DNA of 64,000 nt from Octopus vulgaris (GCA_951406725.2 OX597831.1:28520001-28584000), one strand, 5' to 3'; positions 15,386-31,067 are shown, numbered from the stretch's first letter. Translations and numbers: made by a program. The notes: generated by a model not told the origin, from the sequence alone.

Positions 15386-15542
15386 AGAGTGTGAGGGAGA
15401 GGGAAGGGTTGCGAACCAACTGGAAGTTATTTTACAGACAGACAATTTATCCCCGCCAAATCACACTATTGATTATTATCATTGTTTTTTTTTTGTTCGT
15501 ATTTAGTTTTGTTGTTGGTCTTTCTGACATCAAATATTGCGC

Positions 15543-15612
<70 letters not shown>

Positions 15613-15913
15613 GTGTGCGTGCGTGTGTGTGTGTGTGTGTATTGGGAAATGGCTGTTTGTATAAAACAAACCACGAAGTAGATCAATGAGCTCAATATTA
15701 TTTTGTGTTCAAGTAAATTTATGTTTGTCAACAGATATCGATAAATTTGTTAAGTGCATATGTATAAATACACACACACAAACAGACACACACACATGTA
15801 TATATATACGTAAATATAAGAGTGCATATATACATACATACATAAATATATACACTCATATATATACATATATATATACACACATATATCTGCGAGCACG
15901 TGTTTGTATATAT

Positions 15914-15956
<43 letters not shown>

Positions 15957-16163
15957 GGTATATATATTTATATGTATGTATGTATATATGCATATATAAA
16001 AAAGTATATGAATATGTATATAAAAAATATATATCTATATATATATATGCATTTATATGTACATACATATATACATAATGTACACGTTCACATATACATA
16101 CATATTTAACATTCATGTGACCAGATAGCGAAAAAGAAAGAGAAAGCGGCAAGGAGGGGAAGG

Positions 16164-16211
<48 letters not shown>

Positions 16212-16567
16212 CAGAAACTTATTGCAAATCTATATCTTTTATCGTCATTGTCGCTCGTAAAATTTGAAAGAATTTGAAACGTGTGTAAAGAGAGATAACG
16301 CAATAAGCTCCTGACAGAGACAACACCACCCTGCATTGCCGCCGCCGCCGCGTCCGCCTCTACAGCTGCTACCGCCGCCCCCACCGACATCCCCGTCATA
16401 ACCACGACCACCACCACCGTCACCACGACCACGATTATTAACAATAACAACACTTACAACAATGTAATAATAATAATGATAATAATCATATTAACAGCAT
16501 AAAAAAATATGTATGTTGTATTCTCACGACATAAATTTACACCATCAACATTTATCAATATACATAC

Positions 16568-16615
<48 letters not shown>

Positions 16616-17585
16616 TTATTATTCGTGTTATCATTATTGTTTTTTACGTATTTTTTGTATTCTTATTCGTGTAACATCGTCCGTTTTCCCGTCCTTGTTT
16701 TGTAAACATTCGAGGCTTTCTTCCAAGGAATCTAATGCGCTTGTCTTAGATTTTCCTTTGGGGCTGGCCAGGTCGGAGCAATTTCAAGATTAATCAGCCG
16801 AAATTGCGAGGATGATCCGGTTCTTGACTGAAGATTGAAGGCTTCGAATGTCCCATCCATGTATGTATGTATGTATATATATATATATTTTTTTACTTGT
16901 TTCAGTCATTTGACTGCGGCCATGCTGGAGCACCGCCTTTAGTCGAGCAAATCGACCCCGGGACTTATTCTTTGTAAGCCCAGTACTTATTCTATCGGTC
17001 TCTTTTGCCGAACCCCTAAGTTACGGGGACGTAAACACACCAGCATCGGTTATCAAACAATGCTAGGGGGACAAACACAGACACACAAACACACACACAC
17101 ATACATATATATATATACATATATACGACAGGCTTCTTTCAGTTTCCGTCTACCAAATCCACACACAAGGCATTGGTCGGCCCGGGGTTATAGCAGACGA
17201 CACTTGCCCAAGATGCCACGCAGTGGGACTGAACCCGGAACCATGTGGTTGGTTAGCAAGCTACTTACCACACATCCACTCCTGCGCAAATGAAAAAAAT
17301 GTATAAACAAACGACGTAAATGTATTCTGAATGTAAAAACGAATGGAAGACAATCAGCAAGTCCCTAATTCTTCATCGATTATCGACCACTGATACTCTC
17401 TTTATTCTTTTACTCTTTTACTTGTTTCTGTCATTTGACTGCGGCCATGCTGGAGCACCGACTTTATTCGAGCAAATCGATCCAGGGACTTATTCTTTGT
17501 AAGCCTAGTACTTATTCTATCGGTCTCTTTTGCCGAGCCGCTAAGTGACGGGGACGTAAACACACCAGCATCGGTTGTCAAGCAA

Positions 17586-19230
17586 TCGACCGAATCGATA
17601 AAAGAATTCATCGTTGAAGGAATAAAATTCATCATACAGAACAACTTCCTCCAACGAGAACACCTATAGACAAAAATCGGACACGGCAATGGGAACGAGG
17701 GTAGCCCCCACTTTTGACAGCCTTCTCATGGCATACCTGGAAGTGCAAATATACGAGCACACTAGACTGAAATTTGGAGACAACTTCCAAAAATACTTAC
17801 TCACCAACTGGAAACGCTACCTGGATGACTGTTACATTCTGTGGCCACGTAATCTTGAACAACTCTCAAGATTTAAAAACTTAATCAATGACATTAACTA
17901 CAGTATCCAGTTCACATTGGAATACAGCCATAAACAACTACCCTTCCTGGACATCTTAATCATAAAAAGAGATACTGAAATTGAAACCAACATCTTCAAA
18001 CTAACAGACTTAAAACAATATCTTCTATTCTCCTCATGCCACCCAAAATATACTAAAATAAATATACCGTTCAACTTAGCAAGAAGAATTTGTACGATTT
18101 CATCAAATCCCGAAACCCGAGAAAAGCGCCTCCAAGAACTTAAAAAACTCATTACTAGATAGAAAATACCCGTCCAGCCTAATCAAAAATGGAATAGAAC
18201 GTGCGAAAATGATAGATATCCAAAAGTTACGGAAAACAAGAAAACACCATGACACACTTAAAACTTTATCTTACCTATCAACACACAATCCAAGGAACAT
18301 AGAAGCATACAGCATCATCCACCAAAACATACCCCTCCTTATGAAGAACCTGCGAATGAAAAAGACACTGGAAACACATAGGATTATGAGACAACTGCAA
18401 TCCCTAAATTGTTACTCACCAACGCCAAATTACCCACCAAAAGTTCAACTCCACAAGTCAAAAAGTTCAACCGCCCTAACTGTTGAACTTGTATCTTCAA
18501 CATACAAATTTAAGTCAGGTCAAAATTTTAGCATAAAAAATCACTTCACCTGTGCTTCGAAAAACTTAATCTATATTCTCAAATGTGGTGGGCGTCGTGG
18601 AGACTACATAGGTTAAACTAGTTTAACCTTGAGGGACAGACTAACAGTGCACAGGTAACAAATCCAGGACTCCACGACCAGGAAAAGACCCGTAAACATA
18701 AATCCGAATTACCAAATCTTCCCTCTTTATCAATGTACCAGAAACAATTTAAACCCATTTTCGTTTAAGTGAGGAAAGTATACTCATTAAAGAATATAAA
18801 CCATAGCTGAATATCGTTTAGAAAGAAGAAAAAACACTAAAGAGGAAAAGGAAAAAAGACTTAATTTCTCCACAAAAAAACCTATCAGGTGCGACATACA
18901 ATTTTTAAAAACTTTAGTGACAGTCTTTCACCCGGGTTTCGAAACCGCAACTCTAAATCACCATACAATAACACCATACAAACACCAGTTGCCGACTTCA
19001 CCTAACTCAAAACCAATGAAATTTTACCTCCGATCAAAATCGAACTCCAGCAGATGCAACAAAATGACCCTTTAAGAGAATCAACTGATGGAGGGGAATA
19101 TTCCCTATGCTGTTTATCTCGTTTCTCTGTTTTTTTCGTTGTTCGAAAAACATTCGTTTTCTATATTTTTGTTTTTATGTTTTCGTTTCTCAATGTGTTC
19201 AACGTTTTTTTGATGTCCTGTACCCATATA
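17586..19230 (+). mobile_element. 5'-truncated, frameshifted Penelope-like retroelement (RT + GIY-YIG endonuclease)
   Basis: ORF 17689-18162 has AMGTRVAPTF, WKRYLDDC, LPFLDILI and SSCHPK..NIPF (PLE RT and thumb). ORF 18209-18616 ends in NLIYILKC..DYIG (GIY-YIG), preceded by a PNC*TC knuckle remnant. Stops and frameshifts are present. A T-rich terminal region follows at ~19075-19230. Confidence 0.92.
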
Positions 19231-19462
19231 ACCATGTATATATATATATATATGTAGGTATGTGCATATATGTGTGTATATATGCATATATTTATATAAT
19301 ATTTATATTATTGTATATGAACATACCTTCCTACAGACATACTCACATACACGTATTTATACGCAAATACGTTAGCAAACGAAATGCATACGAAATATCA
19401 AAACAACTGGCAGGATTATAAGATAAGCCAAATGTATATATTTAGTTAAATATGGCCTTCGG

Positions 19463-19695
19463 GTGTTGATTTACGATTCTACATTTTTATTTTATGACTA
19501 AGGATAGATATTACACTACAAATTGGTGTAGACGTAAAAATTCTTTTTACTTTTGTGTATGTATGTATCTCCACACACACACATATGCATATATACACAC
19601 ATACATATCTATGTATACATACATACAAACACACACGCACACACATATATGTATATATACATATATACATACATATATAAACATACATATGTACA

Positions 19696-19740
<45 letters not shown>

Positions 19741-19982
19741 ACATATATACATATATATATATAGATGTACATATGTATATTTATATATGTATGTATATAT
19801 GTATATGTGTATGTGTGTGTTTGTATGTATGTATACATAGATATATATGTGTGTATATATGTATATGTGTGTGTGTGGACATACATACATACACAAAACT
19901 AAAAAGAATTTTTAGGTCTACACCTATTTGTAGTGTAATATCTATCCTTAGTCATAAAATAAAAATGTAGAATCGCAAATCA

Positions 19983-19986
<4 letters not shown>
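19463..19986. repeat. ~520-bp imperfect palindrome centred on (TA)n
   Basis: 19463-19560 (unique sequence) is the near-exact reverse complement of ~19890-19986. The inner microsatellite mosaic is also mirrored. Confidence 0.92.
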
Positions 19987-20054
<68 letters not shown>

Positions 20055-20144
20055 GTATCTATGTATCTATGTTAAGATGTATGGTCTGTTCTGTTTTCAG
20101 GATACGACTGATTAAATTGTGATACCTCTCTCTCTGTTTTTCTT

Positions 20145-20219
<75 letters not shown>

Positions 20220-20848
20220 GTCCATGTGTGTGTGTGTCTGTTTGTCATTCTGTCGGTTTACTTATCCTTTTGTCTGCCTGTCTATCACTTTATCTACTTC
20301 TATATCTGTCTCTCTGTCTGTTTGCCCCTCTCTCTCTTTTTCCCTTTCTATTTTATCCCTCTCTCTCTCTCTCACTCTCTACTCCCCCACCAGCCACACC
20401 CTTCGTTGAGGGAATATAACGGAGCATGTTATCAGTAATCTGAGTGCACACTTCAAAAACAGGCTTCTCTCGTTCATCAACAATATGGCCGACCTAATAC
20501 ACCTCAAGGGAGCATTCAATATATTAAACACTCATGCAGTAAGGCTAGTGGAGCGAAGTGAATTTAGTGAAATTGGCCTGGAAATACACCAATGATTGTC
20601 CCACCAGATTTCATATGTGACTAAAATGGCTAGAACTTTCTAATGAGGAGAAATGAAATGAAGGGATGTATGTGATAGCACGTATAGATGGTGAAGATAG
20701 AGGTGATATGTGTGAAATTAATAGCTGCAAGAAGATTGGTGGTTGAATAATAATGATGTCATGAGCAATAAATTATGTTAGATAGACAGTCCAATGGATA
20801 CATGCTCGCACAGACACAGACACAGACACAGACACACAGACACACACA

Positions 20849-20906
<58 letters not shown>

Positions 20907-22176
20907 CAGGGGTTGGACAAAATAATGGAAACGTCTAGCATCATAGCATCATAATTTTGAAATATCTATAAAACCGCCAAAACCTTGTTTATTTCTATGT
21001 TTTTTGATTTATTATTAGTGTTGCCTAATATGTTTTACTAAAATTGCTGTTTCTTTTCAGATATCATCAGAAAAAAGGTATTTAATATTCATTAAAATGA
21101 CAGATCTATTGGACTTTCAAGGAGGTCAAATTGTTGGTGATCGTATGTTACGTGCTAGCGTAATGAAAACACCCGAAATGTTTGGTGTATCAAGGAGTAC
21201 TGTCTCGAAAGTAATGACAGCCTTTGAGAAAGAGTGAAAAATCTCCTTGTCGAAACAAAACTCCAGAAATAACCAAAACTTTCTAATAGGGACCGTCGGA
21301 CTCTTACGCGAACTGTTAGATAGGATCACAAAAGTACAGCTCCCAAAAATACTGCAGAACTTAATGACCACCTCGAGAACCCAGTTTCCACAAAAACCGT
21401 TCACCGGGAGCTGCACAAAGTTTAATTTCACGGGAGGACTGCAATCAGAGAACCACTACTTTAAAAAACAAACGGTCCAAAGCGTTTAGAGTGGAGTAAC
21501 AACGTACGGAATAGGTCCCTAGTGCACTGAAAGAATCGTATTTTCTCGGATGATTCACTCTTTACCTTATTTCCGACCACCGGCCGAGTATACGTGTGGA
21601 GATAGCCAAAAGAAGCAAGACCCAGACTAGCTTCTTCCAACTGTTAAACATGGAGGAAGATCTGTAATGATCTGGGGGCTGTATCTTGGAAATCCGCCGG
21701 CCTAATGATTTCTCTTCATGGCAGTATCAATAGCCAAGGCTATTTAAGCATTTTATTTGATCAAATTCATCCTATAGTTGCGGAACTGTTTCCAGAGCGA
21801 AACGCAAACTTTCAGGATGATAATGCACCAATTCACACAGCTAAAGTTGTTACTGAATGGCACGAGGAACATTTTAGTGAAGTTGAACATCTTATCTGGC
21901 CACCACAGTCCCCAGATCTCAATATTATCGAGCATGTAGTATGGTGCATTTTAGAAAAACAAGTAAGGAGTCAATATTCTCCACCATCATCACTACAAGA
22001 ACTGGAGACGGTTCTAGTAGAAGAATGGACAAAAATTCTTTTGGAAACAATTCAAACTTTGTACCAGTACATATCTCGTAGAACTCAAGGTGTACTTACT
22101 GCCAAAAGGTGGTCCTACCCCGTATTAGAATAAATTTGCTTGAAATTCTAAAGTGTTCCATTAATTTGTCCAACCC

Positions 22177-22179
<3 letters not shown>
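20907..22179 (+). mobile_element. Full-length decayed Tc1-family transposon (DD34E-type)
   Basis: TIRs CAGGGGTTGGACAAAATAATGGAA and TTCCATTAATTTGTCCAACCCCTG are both flanked by TA. The transposase runs from ATG 21097 to 22133 with FSDDS, FQDDNAPIH and WPPQSPDLNIIEH, broken by stops and frameshifts. Confidence 0.95.
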
Positions 22180-22236
<57 letters not shown>

Positions 22237-22449
22237 CATATATAAATATGAGCGAGAGAGAGGGGGAAAGAGAAGTAAATAGATGGTTGGGTGGATGGAT
22301 AGTCAGGCATACAGATAAACAAACAAACAGACAGATAGATAGGGTGGGAAGATGAAAGATTCGTTGAAATCTATATTTGACTGCTGATAAAGTGAACTCC
22401 CATAGTGCAAGATAAATGTAAAACTTAAGTATGCACCAAGTGCATATGT

Positions 22450-22566
<117 letters not shown>

Positions 22567-22589
22567 TGTATGTATGTATTTTTGTGTGC

Positions 22590-22800
22590 TCAAGATTTGT
22601 TCAAAAAGAAACAATTTATTACAAAGCTAAATTTGTTCTTTTCATTTCAGATTAATCAGGCGTATCTCTTTCAGTATGTTTTCTTCCGTTACTAACCCAC
22701 ATTTCTCAACATTCTTTCCAGTCCTGGAACAATTACTAAAACATTCTGTTGAGGTATTTTCTTCAGTTTCATGTATCGTCTAAAATTGGCGATGTTTTAC
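22590..22800 (-). mobile_element. Possible highly decayed mariner C-terminal remnant
   Basis: The minus strand gives ..FQDWKEC.EMWVSNGRKHTERD, resembling the CFQDWKKRW.KCV...G.YFEGD mariner terminus. Confidence 0.4.
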
Positions 22801-23255
22801 GGTAGGCTTCTGAAACAAAACAGAAACCTACAGCTACAATTGGAGTGTAGGGTGGTTCAGGAACGGGAGGCATCTCGTGGTTTTCTGAAATGTCACGGGA
22901 AACTAGAGACACGTGACTTAATGCCTTGTCATTGTGAGTCTTTCTTCTTTGCACTGAAATAAACACGTGATTAATGATGCCTGTCCAATCACAAAAGTCT
23001 AAACGGCTCTGTCTTCAAAGAATTTCCTGCAAGCTTATTACACTTCCGAATCCACCATTTTCCAAGATGTGATAATTTAAAAGTACACTAAACATACGTT
23101 CACTCTGGCGGATATAAATCGTTGGTTCACTGACGTAGCAGGATATAGTTACCATCAGTTAGAAGCATATTTATATATACATACATGCAGACACACATAC
23201 ATGCATACATACATGCATACATACGTCTGTGTGTATTTGTGTGTGTATGAGTGTT

Positions 23256-23297
<42 letters not shown>

Positions 23298-23308
23298 TGT
23301 ATATATAA

Positions 23309-23396
<88 letters not shown>

Positions 23397-23517
23397 GTCT
23401 GTCTGTGAAGCTAGTTAGCTACTTATCCATGTATCTAACTATGTATCCTTCAAGTTACATATACACACATATACTGTTACTGTTAAATGAATATACAAAT
23501 ATATGTAGGTGTGTATA

Positions 23518-23567
<50 letters not shown>

Positions 23568-23569
23568 AA

Positions 23570-23715
23570 TTAACAGAAAAACTAAAGACGAAGACAGGTG
23601 TAGGAACAGCAAGGAGGTTATTTATTTGACGCTCGAGACGAATGGAAAAGTATTTTGTGTTTCGAGTCTATGCTCTTCGACAGAAAGGATTAAGAGGAAA
23701 AACAATGGAGAGAGA
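23570..23715 (-). mobile_element. Same pLTR-like repeat class as 44755-44940, with a decayed hammerhead
   Basis: Minus strand CTGTCGAA GAGC(atag)ACTC GAAAC...GAGCGTC followed by a TGTTCC...CCTGTCTTCGTCTTT tail. The tail is also seen at 55516-55583. Confidence 0.5.
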
Positions 23716-23768
<53 letters not shown>

Positions 23769-24897
23769 AAGGGGCAACTACAGAAAAAAAGGCGTTCACA
23801 GCGATGTTATCAGTTTCATACTCAAGGAAGATTGGAAAGAAAATTAAGTTTTGGATATAGTCTTTCTTCGTTAGATATTAGAGAAAAATCCAAGAGAAAG
23901 AGAAGGAAGAGAAGAAACTAGACGCAAAATATTGAAAAGAGCCAAGGAAAAGAATCGTACGTGGGATTCTTTCACGTGTTTCACCGCTCAGACGTAAGCG
24001 TTTGTTTGAAAGGTTTTTACTAAGTAACTACATAGGCGCAATGGCCCAGCGGACTCGCGGTCATAGGATCGCGGTTTCGATTCCCAGACCGGGCGTTGTG
24101 AGTGTTTATTGAGCGAAAGCACCTAAAAGCTCCACGATGCTCCGGCAGGGGATGGTGGTGATCCCTGCTGTACTCTTTCACCACAACTTTCTCTCACTCT
24201 TACTTCCTGTTTCTGTTGTACCTGTATTTCAAGGGCCGGCCTTGTCACTCTCTGTGTCACGCTGAATATCCCCGAGAACTACGTTAAGGGTGCACGTGTC
24301 TGTGGAGTGCTCAGCCACTTACACGTTAATTTCACGAGCAGGCTGTTCCGTTGATTCGGATCAACCAGAACCCTCATCGTCGTAACCGACGGAGTGCTTC
24401 CATCCACATAGGGTAGAGTTTGATCTCAGGACGCTGTAACTGGAGCCTGTGTCTTCTATGTTGCTGTTTTGGTGGTCAGTACTCTGTGAACAAATCTTGC
24501 CGGGCGTAATCTATGTAGAAATCCTTCGTATGTATGTATGTGTTAGTTGTGCATGCGTTTACAATATGTGTATGTGTATGTTTACAATATGTTCGTACGT
24601 ATGTGTTTACAATATATGTGCATATATGTGTTTATAATGTTTGTATGTGTGTGTATTTACAATGTATATATGTATGTATGTGTGGTTGCCTTTGTACAGG
24701 TCTTAAGTTTTGTTTACTGGTGTAAAACTTGGTATGATAACAAAAAATATGTGATTTAGCGCTTTGGTGATCATAAGACGATACAATAATAACCAGCCTG
24801 AAATAATTACCGGGTTAAAGAGGTTGATATCGATGGTCTACCCTCCCCACCTATCATGTCCTCTGTCCAATGATTTCAACCAGTAAAATAATTTTCA

Positions 24898-24989
<92 letters not shown>

Positions 24990-25041
24990 CGAATACATAG
25001 ATATATTTGCATAATTACTGAATGTGTAGGTATATATACAG

Positions 25042-25101
<60 letters not shown>

Positions 25102-25132
25102 ACGTGTATGTGTGTGTGAGTGTGTGTGTGTA

Positions 25133-26405
25133 TTGTGCCGTCCCATAAATAATGCGGTTTTTTAAAACTTTTATTTTTCAAAATTAAGATAAACAAAGTT
25201 TTTTTTTAATATAAAATATACTCTTCTTCATTTTCTACAATTCTCTTCTATCTATCTGATAGACTTGCAAGGCCCCTCTTCCAAAATTCACTTGTCCGTG
25301 ACGTAAACTACTCCTGTTCTGACCTCGTCTACAGAATTCATAGTTTTTCCGTCCAAATAATTTTAAAGACTGTGGAATAAATGATAATTAGATGGGGCAA
25401 TGTCGGGCGAATATGGTGGGTGGGGCATCGTTTCATTCAAACTGCTCCAGCCTTTGGAATGTCATCCTCGCAGTATGTGGCCGAGCATTAACCTAATGGA
25501 AGAACACCTTTCGTCTTAAAACCAAAGATGGTCGTTTTTTCCTTCTAGCGCTGACAGAAGCTTGCAGCAGATCTCGTTCCTTATCGTGTGGTTTGGGTTT
25601 AAAAGTTCAAAGTGGACTAAACTTTTCATATCCCACCAAACAGATAACAACACCTTACGTGGGTGAAGACTTTTTTTTTAGCATGGGGTGCCGTTGTTTC
25701 TCCTTTCCCTGCCCACTGTCTTCGGCGCTTGATATTTTTATAGACAACCCAATTCTCGCTACCAGTCACTATTCGGTACAAAAAAGGTTCATTCGTGAGA
25801 CGTGACAGCAAAGAAGAGCGCACATTCACTTTGTGCACGTGATTAGACTCGGAGAGTTTGTGAGAAACCCATTGACCCAATTTACTAAGTTTTCCGATGG
25901 CATGCAGGTGTCGATGGATGGTTGAATGACCAAATCCAAGCTTCTCTGCTAGTTCCTCTACAGTTATGATGGGATTTTGTTCCATCAGAGTTTGCAGGAC
26001 GTCTTCATCGCGGTCTACAGATCTTGCAGGACGAGGCTCATCTTCTAGGCTCTAGTTTCCGGCTCTGAATCTCCGTAACCACCGTGGATACTGGCTTACG
26101 CTTATTATCCGATCCCCGTATACTGCCTTAATATTCCTCACTTTCCATCGCATTGTTGCCTTTATTGAACTCATAAAGCAAAATATGCCGAATATGCTCC
26201 TTTGTCACTTCCATTATAGCTTTGAAAAAAATAATTGTTAAAATCGAACAGCACCCTTCAAAACTTGCACTAAGAATAAGGACAAGGAAAAATTACTACC
26301 TGCTTTTATAGCCAGTTGATGCAGGAAGTTTATACCACCCACACCGACTTTTAGTTCATGCAACTGAAAAAATTAAAAAAACCTATCATTTTTGGGATAA
26401 CCCAA
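25133..26405 (-). mobile_element. Full-length decayed mariner transposon
   Basis: Imperfect TIRs with TA flanks. The minus-strand transposase starts MEVTKEHIRHILLYEFNKG at 26214 and contains WVSHKL, IVTGSENW and HPPYSPDIAPSNYHLF. Frameshifted. Confidence 0.93.
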
Positions 26406-26663
26406 TATTATAGCTTTGTCGTGGCTCATTACCAATCTGTGGCAGTTTAGATCTGACATGGAGACATAGAGGCTGGAGACATGATACATGAGAATATAAA
26501 TGATTGGAGCAGATTGTCGTTAATCACTCATTATATCTTAAATCTAATTGTCAACAGATATTGACTGGACGAAAAAATAAAAGTTTTAATACAAACAGAT
26601 AAATCAACAGGCATATAAAAACATATGTCTCAAGTACCAACACCACACACACACACACACACA

Positions 26664-26711
<48 letters not shown>

Positions 26712-27479
26712 AATGCACGTTTTTTGTCATGGAATATTTTGTAGTAAACATATTACAGAATCACTTGAAGCACTGTGTTCTACTTGAGAAAATCTGTTTG
26801 TAGCAGACATCAGATGGACACTAGGCATGATAATTATTTAATAATGGTTTCAAATTTTGGCAGAAGATTAAGAAATATGAGAGGAAGGTCCAAGTCGATG
26901 TCATCGACCCCAATGGTAGACAGGAACTTGTTTTTTCGACCCTGAAAGTACGAACAGCAAAGTCGATCTCGGCGGAATTTAAACTCAGAATGTAAAGCAT
27001 TTTGTTCAACACTGCTAGCGATTCTTCCTGCTTATCGCCTTTCATATTTAATTAATAATTCACGTGACTGGGTGCCCATCGGTCAAGCTTGACCATTTTT
27101 ATCAACACATATTTATGAAGGATGGGATGGGATTATTTTGAGTAAGACAGACAGTTTCCATTGCATGCAAGTCGCCTTTCTACCACAAGACATATTGTCC
27201 AAACCTACCCACAGCCCTAGATTGGTACTTTTCTTATCAGCCACGAAAGAATATAATATGAAGTTGACATCAAAGAAATTTGATCTCAGAACAGAGAGTC
27301 GGAACAAATGCCACGAAACGTTCTACCTAATGTTCTAACCACTTTTCCACTCACCTCCTACAACAATACAGTGGTACCTTAAATTATTCGCCTGATTACT
27401 ACAAGTATATCAATTATAATGCATGAAATTGTTTACCCTACTATTTGCATTGAGTATTTTTAAAATCTTTTATGTGATA

Positions 27480-28350
27480 AGACCAACAGTTCGCTTCATT
27501 GCATACACTTTGAAATGGTAAAAATCAGAATTCATGATTATGTTTTGGTCTCAATGGTAGCACTAAAATGTGTATTTTCATTTTATCTATTTTGTTGCAC
27601 GACTGTGAACCGTAAACATTATATATTCAAAAACGTTAAATATTTTTTGGAACGTTTTCATCAAAAGTGTCTTCGACAGATTTTTAGAAGTGTTTTGGGA
27701 TAGATTGTGTGAGTGATGTTCAATTAAATGTTGTAAGTAGAGAAATTTTCTTGAGACGTAACTCACTGAGATGATACCATACTGTTCATTTGGAAAACAT
27801 TGGAGGCACATGGATTAGTGGTTAGAGCAGCGGACTCGCGGTCAAGGGATCGCGGGTTCGAATCTTAGACCGGGCGATGTGTGTATTTATGAGCGAAACA
27901 ACTAAGCTCCACGAGGCTCCGGCAGAAGGTAATGGCGAACTTCTGCTGACTCTTTCGCCACAACTTTCTCTCACTCTTTCCTCCTGCATTTTGCATCCCA
28001 TCCAGGTGGGGAACCTATACGCCAAGGAAACCGGGGAACCGGCCCTTATGAGCCAGGCATAGCTCGAGAAGGAACAAACATTTGGAAGACATGATACTAA
28101 AGCTCATTCTAGACTATAAGTATAATTTTCTGGGAAAAGATTTCCTGGGAAAAGTTCTCGTTACAAAGTTAAGAAACAAGGATTGCTTTAATCTGATCTG
28201 TAGAAAGATAATATTCTTGGAATAAGTTGGGAAGCATTTGCAGATTGAAGGAAATCATAGATAAAACGTTTTGAATCTGTCCATGCATTTTGAAGAAAAT
28301 TGCATAAGATATACAAATTTAATATTAGACATAAGAAGAAGAAGGATCCC
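27480..28350 (+). mobile_element. Decayed RTE-clade LINE fragment interrupted by a SINE
   Basis: LLHDCEP*TLY and LERFHQKCLRQI resemble the RTE post-RT motif LLYGCETWTLY..LERFHQRCLRRIL. Confidence 0.6.
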
Positions 28351-28845
28351 TTGATGTCAATAATCTCTTCAAATGTTCAACTTGTAATCGTATCTGTATT
28401 TCTAAGGCTGGTCTTCATAGCTCCTTGTTTGATTATAGATCTTGGTTTCCCGAAAAAATATTTGCTCACCGTTCATGTAATAAATGATTTTCTAAATGTG
28501 GTCGGAAGAGACACATGCTTGGATACAATACCTGATGTCACGGTTCTGAATTGTATTTAACTGAGAAGAGACTAGGCATAGTAAAAATAGTAATTAATAA
28601 ACTAGATTTAAAAGCCATTTTCCCTAAGTATCCTATGTTTCTGAGAATTTTAAAAGGGTTTTTTTGTTTACAAAAGAATTTTTTTACGGTTTTCTTGTAT
28701 AAAATGGGTTAATTTTGGCTTGTATGTTAGAGGCAATTTTGTAATGTCTAAAATATGCTCTGAAGAGTAGTTCTATCCTGTTCATCGTTATGTAATTATA
28801 CAGTCATACACTTAACTACATGTAAATATCTGTGTATATACATCT

Positions 28846-28864
28846 ATGTATGTATGTATGAAAA

Positions 28865-28895
<31 letters not shown>

Positions 28896-29077
28896 TGTGT
28901 GTGTGTATGTATGTATGTATGTATGTATGTATGTATGTATGTATGCATGCATGTATGTATGTATGCATGTATGTATGTATGTATGTATGTATGTATGCAT
29001 GCATGTATGTATGTATGTATGTATGTATGTATGTATGCATGTATGTATGCATGTATGTATGTATGTATGTATGTATG

Positions 29078-29111
<34 letters not shown>

Positions 29112-29334
29112 TGTATGTATGTATGTATGTATGTATGTATGTATGTATGTATGTATGTATGTATGCATGTATATATGTAACACATGGTATAATTTTAAAC
29201 AGGGCAAATTTTAGCCTTTTCTTCATAGACTGAAAAAAATGATGATTAGCCTTAATCGATTTTCGAACCTTATTGGGTTCTCATCAGAGGCGTCTACATC
29301 ATTCCAACAGTCTCCATATATATACATATGTGTA

Positions 29335-29426
<92 letters not shown>
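28846..29426. repeat. (TATG)n and (TG)n microsatellites
   Basis: Directly visible. Confidence 0.98.
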
Positions 29427-29428
<2 letters not shown>

Positions 29429-30708
29429 AGTTTTTGCCTAATTTTCTAGGCTATTTTCATAGCTATTCGCAGTCGAAATTTACTTTATTCTCTGTAAAAT
29501 ACCAAGCCACTCGACGAAGTTTGTTCCTATATATGTATAACCACAGTTGAAAGTATTTGCGTAGAAGTGCGACGCTATGTGTGTACGTTCATGTGTTTAC
29601 ATGCATACGTATGTATGCAGTGTATCTCAGTGTTAATGTATGTCTCCAATCTTAATTCTGTTGTGCGGAGACTCGCTTCGGTCACAAATGACCATAGGAT
29701 TGCACCTAGATAGTTACCCTCCCTGATACAAGTCCGGGTAAGGTTGTTTATGGAAGGCCAGCAGTCGCCCATGCATACCAGCCTTCCCTCTCCACACCAC
29801 CAGTGTTATCCAAGGGAAAGGCAAAGGACGACACAGCTTGGCACCTGTGACGTCGCAACTCATTTCTACAGCTGAGTGAACTGAAGCAATGAGAAATAAA
29901 AGTCTTGCTCAAGAACACAACACGCAGCCCGGTCCGGGATTCGAGCTTTCAACCTCACGATCGTAAGCTCGACGCTCTAACCACAGAGCCATGCGCCTTC
30001 TGTTGTAAATCGAACTTATTTCCTCATATTCATCGTAATACAAACTTTACCACTACTATCACGAGTACCATTACCACCAGTACATCTACCACCGCCACCA
30101 ATACCAAAAACACAAATACTACTGCTAACATCACCACCACTACTACTACCCTTACGACTATCACTAACACAACTACAACCCCCCCTACAAACACCAACAC
30201 TACCATCACCATCATTAGCACCCACCGCTCTAATTTGACTAACCTGGCACAATATTCACAACTTTACTGCAATACCTAGTTAGATAGTTAAATATGCAAA
30301 AGAATAAATCGTTCGTTCATCGAAAAACGAAACGTAATTGCATTATGATTGCATTATAAATAAAGGTTAATGCGGCATCTTTTGTACGAAGTAGACTTTT
30401 AGAAGAATGACGGCGATAAAATATGGCTGATGATCAACGAGACTTGGAAAAACTAACGTAACGAGACTTTGGTATACACACGCACACACACACACACACA
30501 TGCACATAACATACTCACACACGCATGCACATTACACACACACATATACGAACGCACACACATACATATATATGTATATATGTATGAATATATAATGTTG
30601 CTATATGACTAAAAGTTACGTTAAAAGGGTTTGTCTCATTAAGATATGATTTATTCATATAATTACACACATACACATATGCATAAAACAAATATGCATA
30701 GTTATACA

Positions 30709-30750
<42 letters not shown>

Positions 30751-30894
30751 CATTTATTTCATATATGAATATACATAAATACATGCATATATACATGCAC
30801 ATGCATATCTGTATGTATATGTATATATGTATATATATATATATATGTATGTGTATACATGTATAAATAAATAAATAAATGAACACACACACAC

Positions 30895-30948
<54 letters not shown>

Positions 30949-30971
30949 GTATGTACATATATATATATGTG

Positions 30972-31067
<96 letters not shown>

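Noticed and set aside
19083-19226. CTGATG...CGAAA...GTC in the Penelope terminal region (similar at 3674-3796)
   Set aside because: A hammerhead is expected in PLE termini, but I could not build convincing stems I-III.
27803-27875. tRNA genes at SINE heads (also ~24033, 34428, 48127, 50402)
   Set aside because: A/B boxes run directly into SINE bodies, and no proper acceptor stem is evident.
30016-30279. Thr-rich mucin-like ORF (and Ala/Val-rich ORF 16106-16453)
   Set aside because: Degenerate (ACC/ACT)n trinucleotide tracts adjoining SINE or simple repeats, with no splice or domain evidence.
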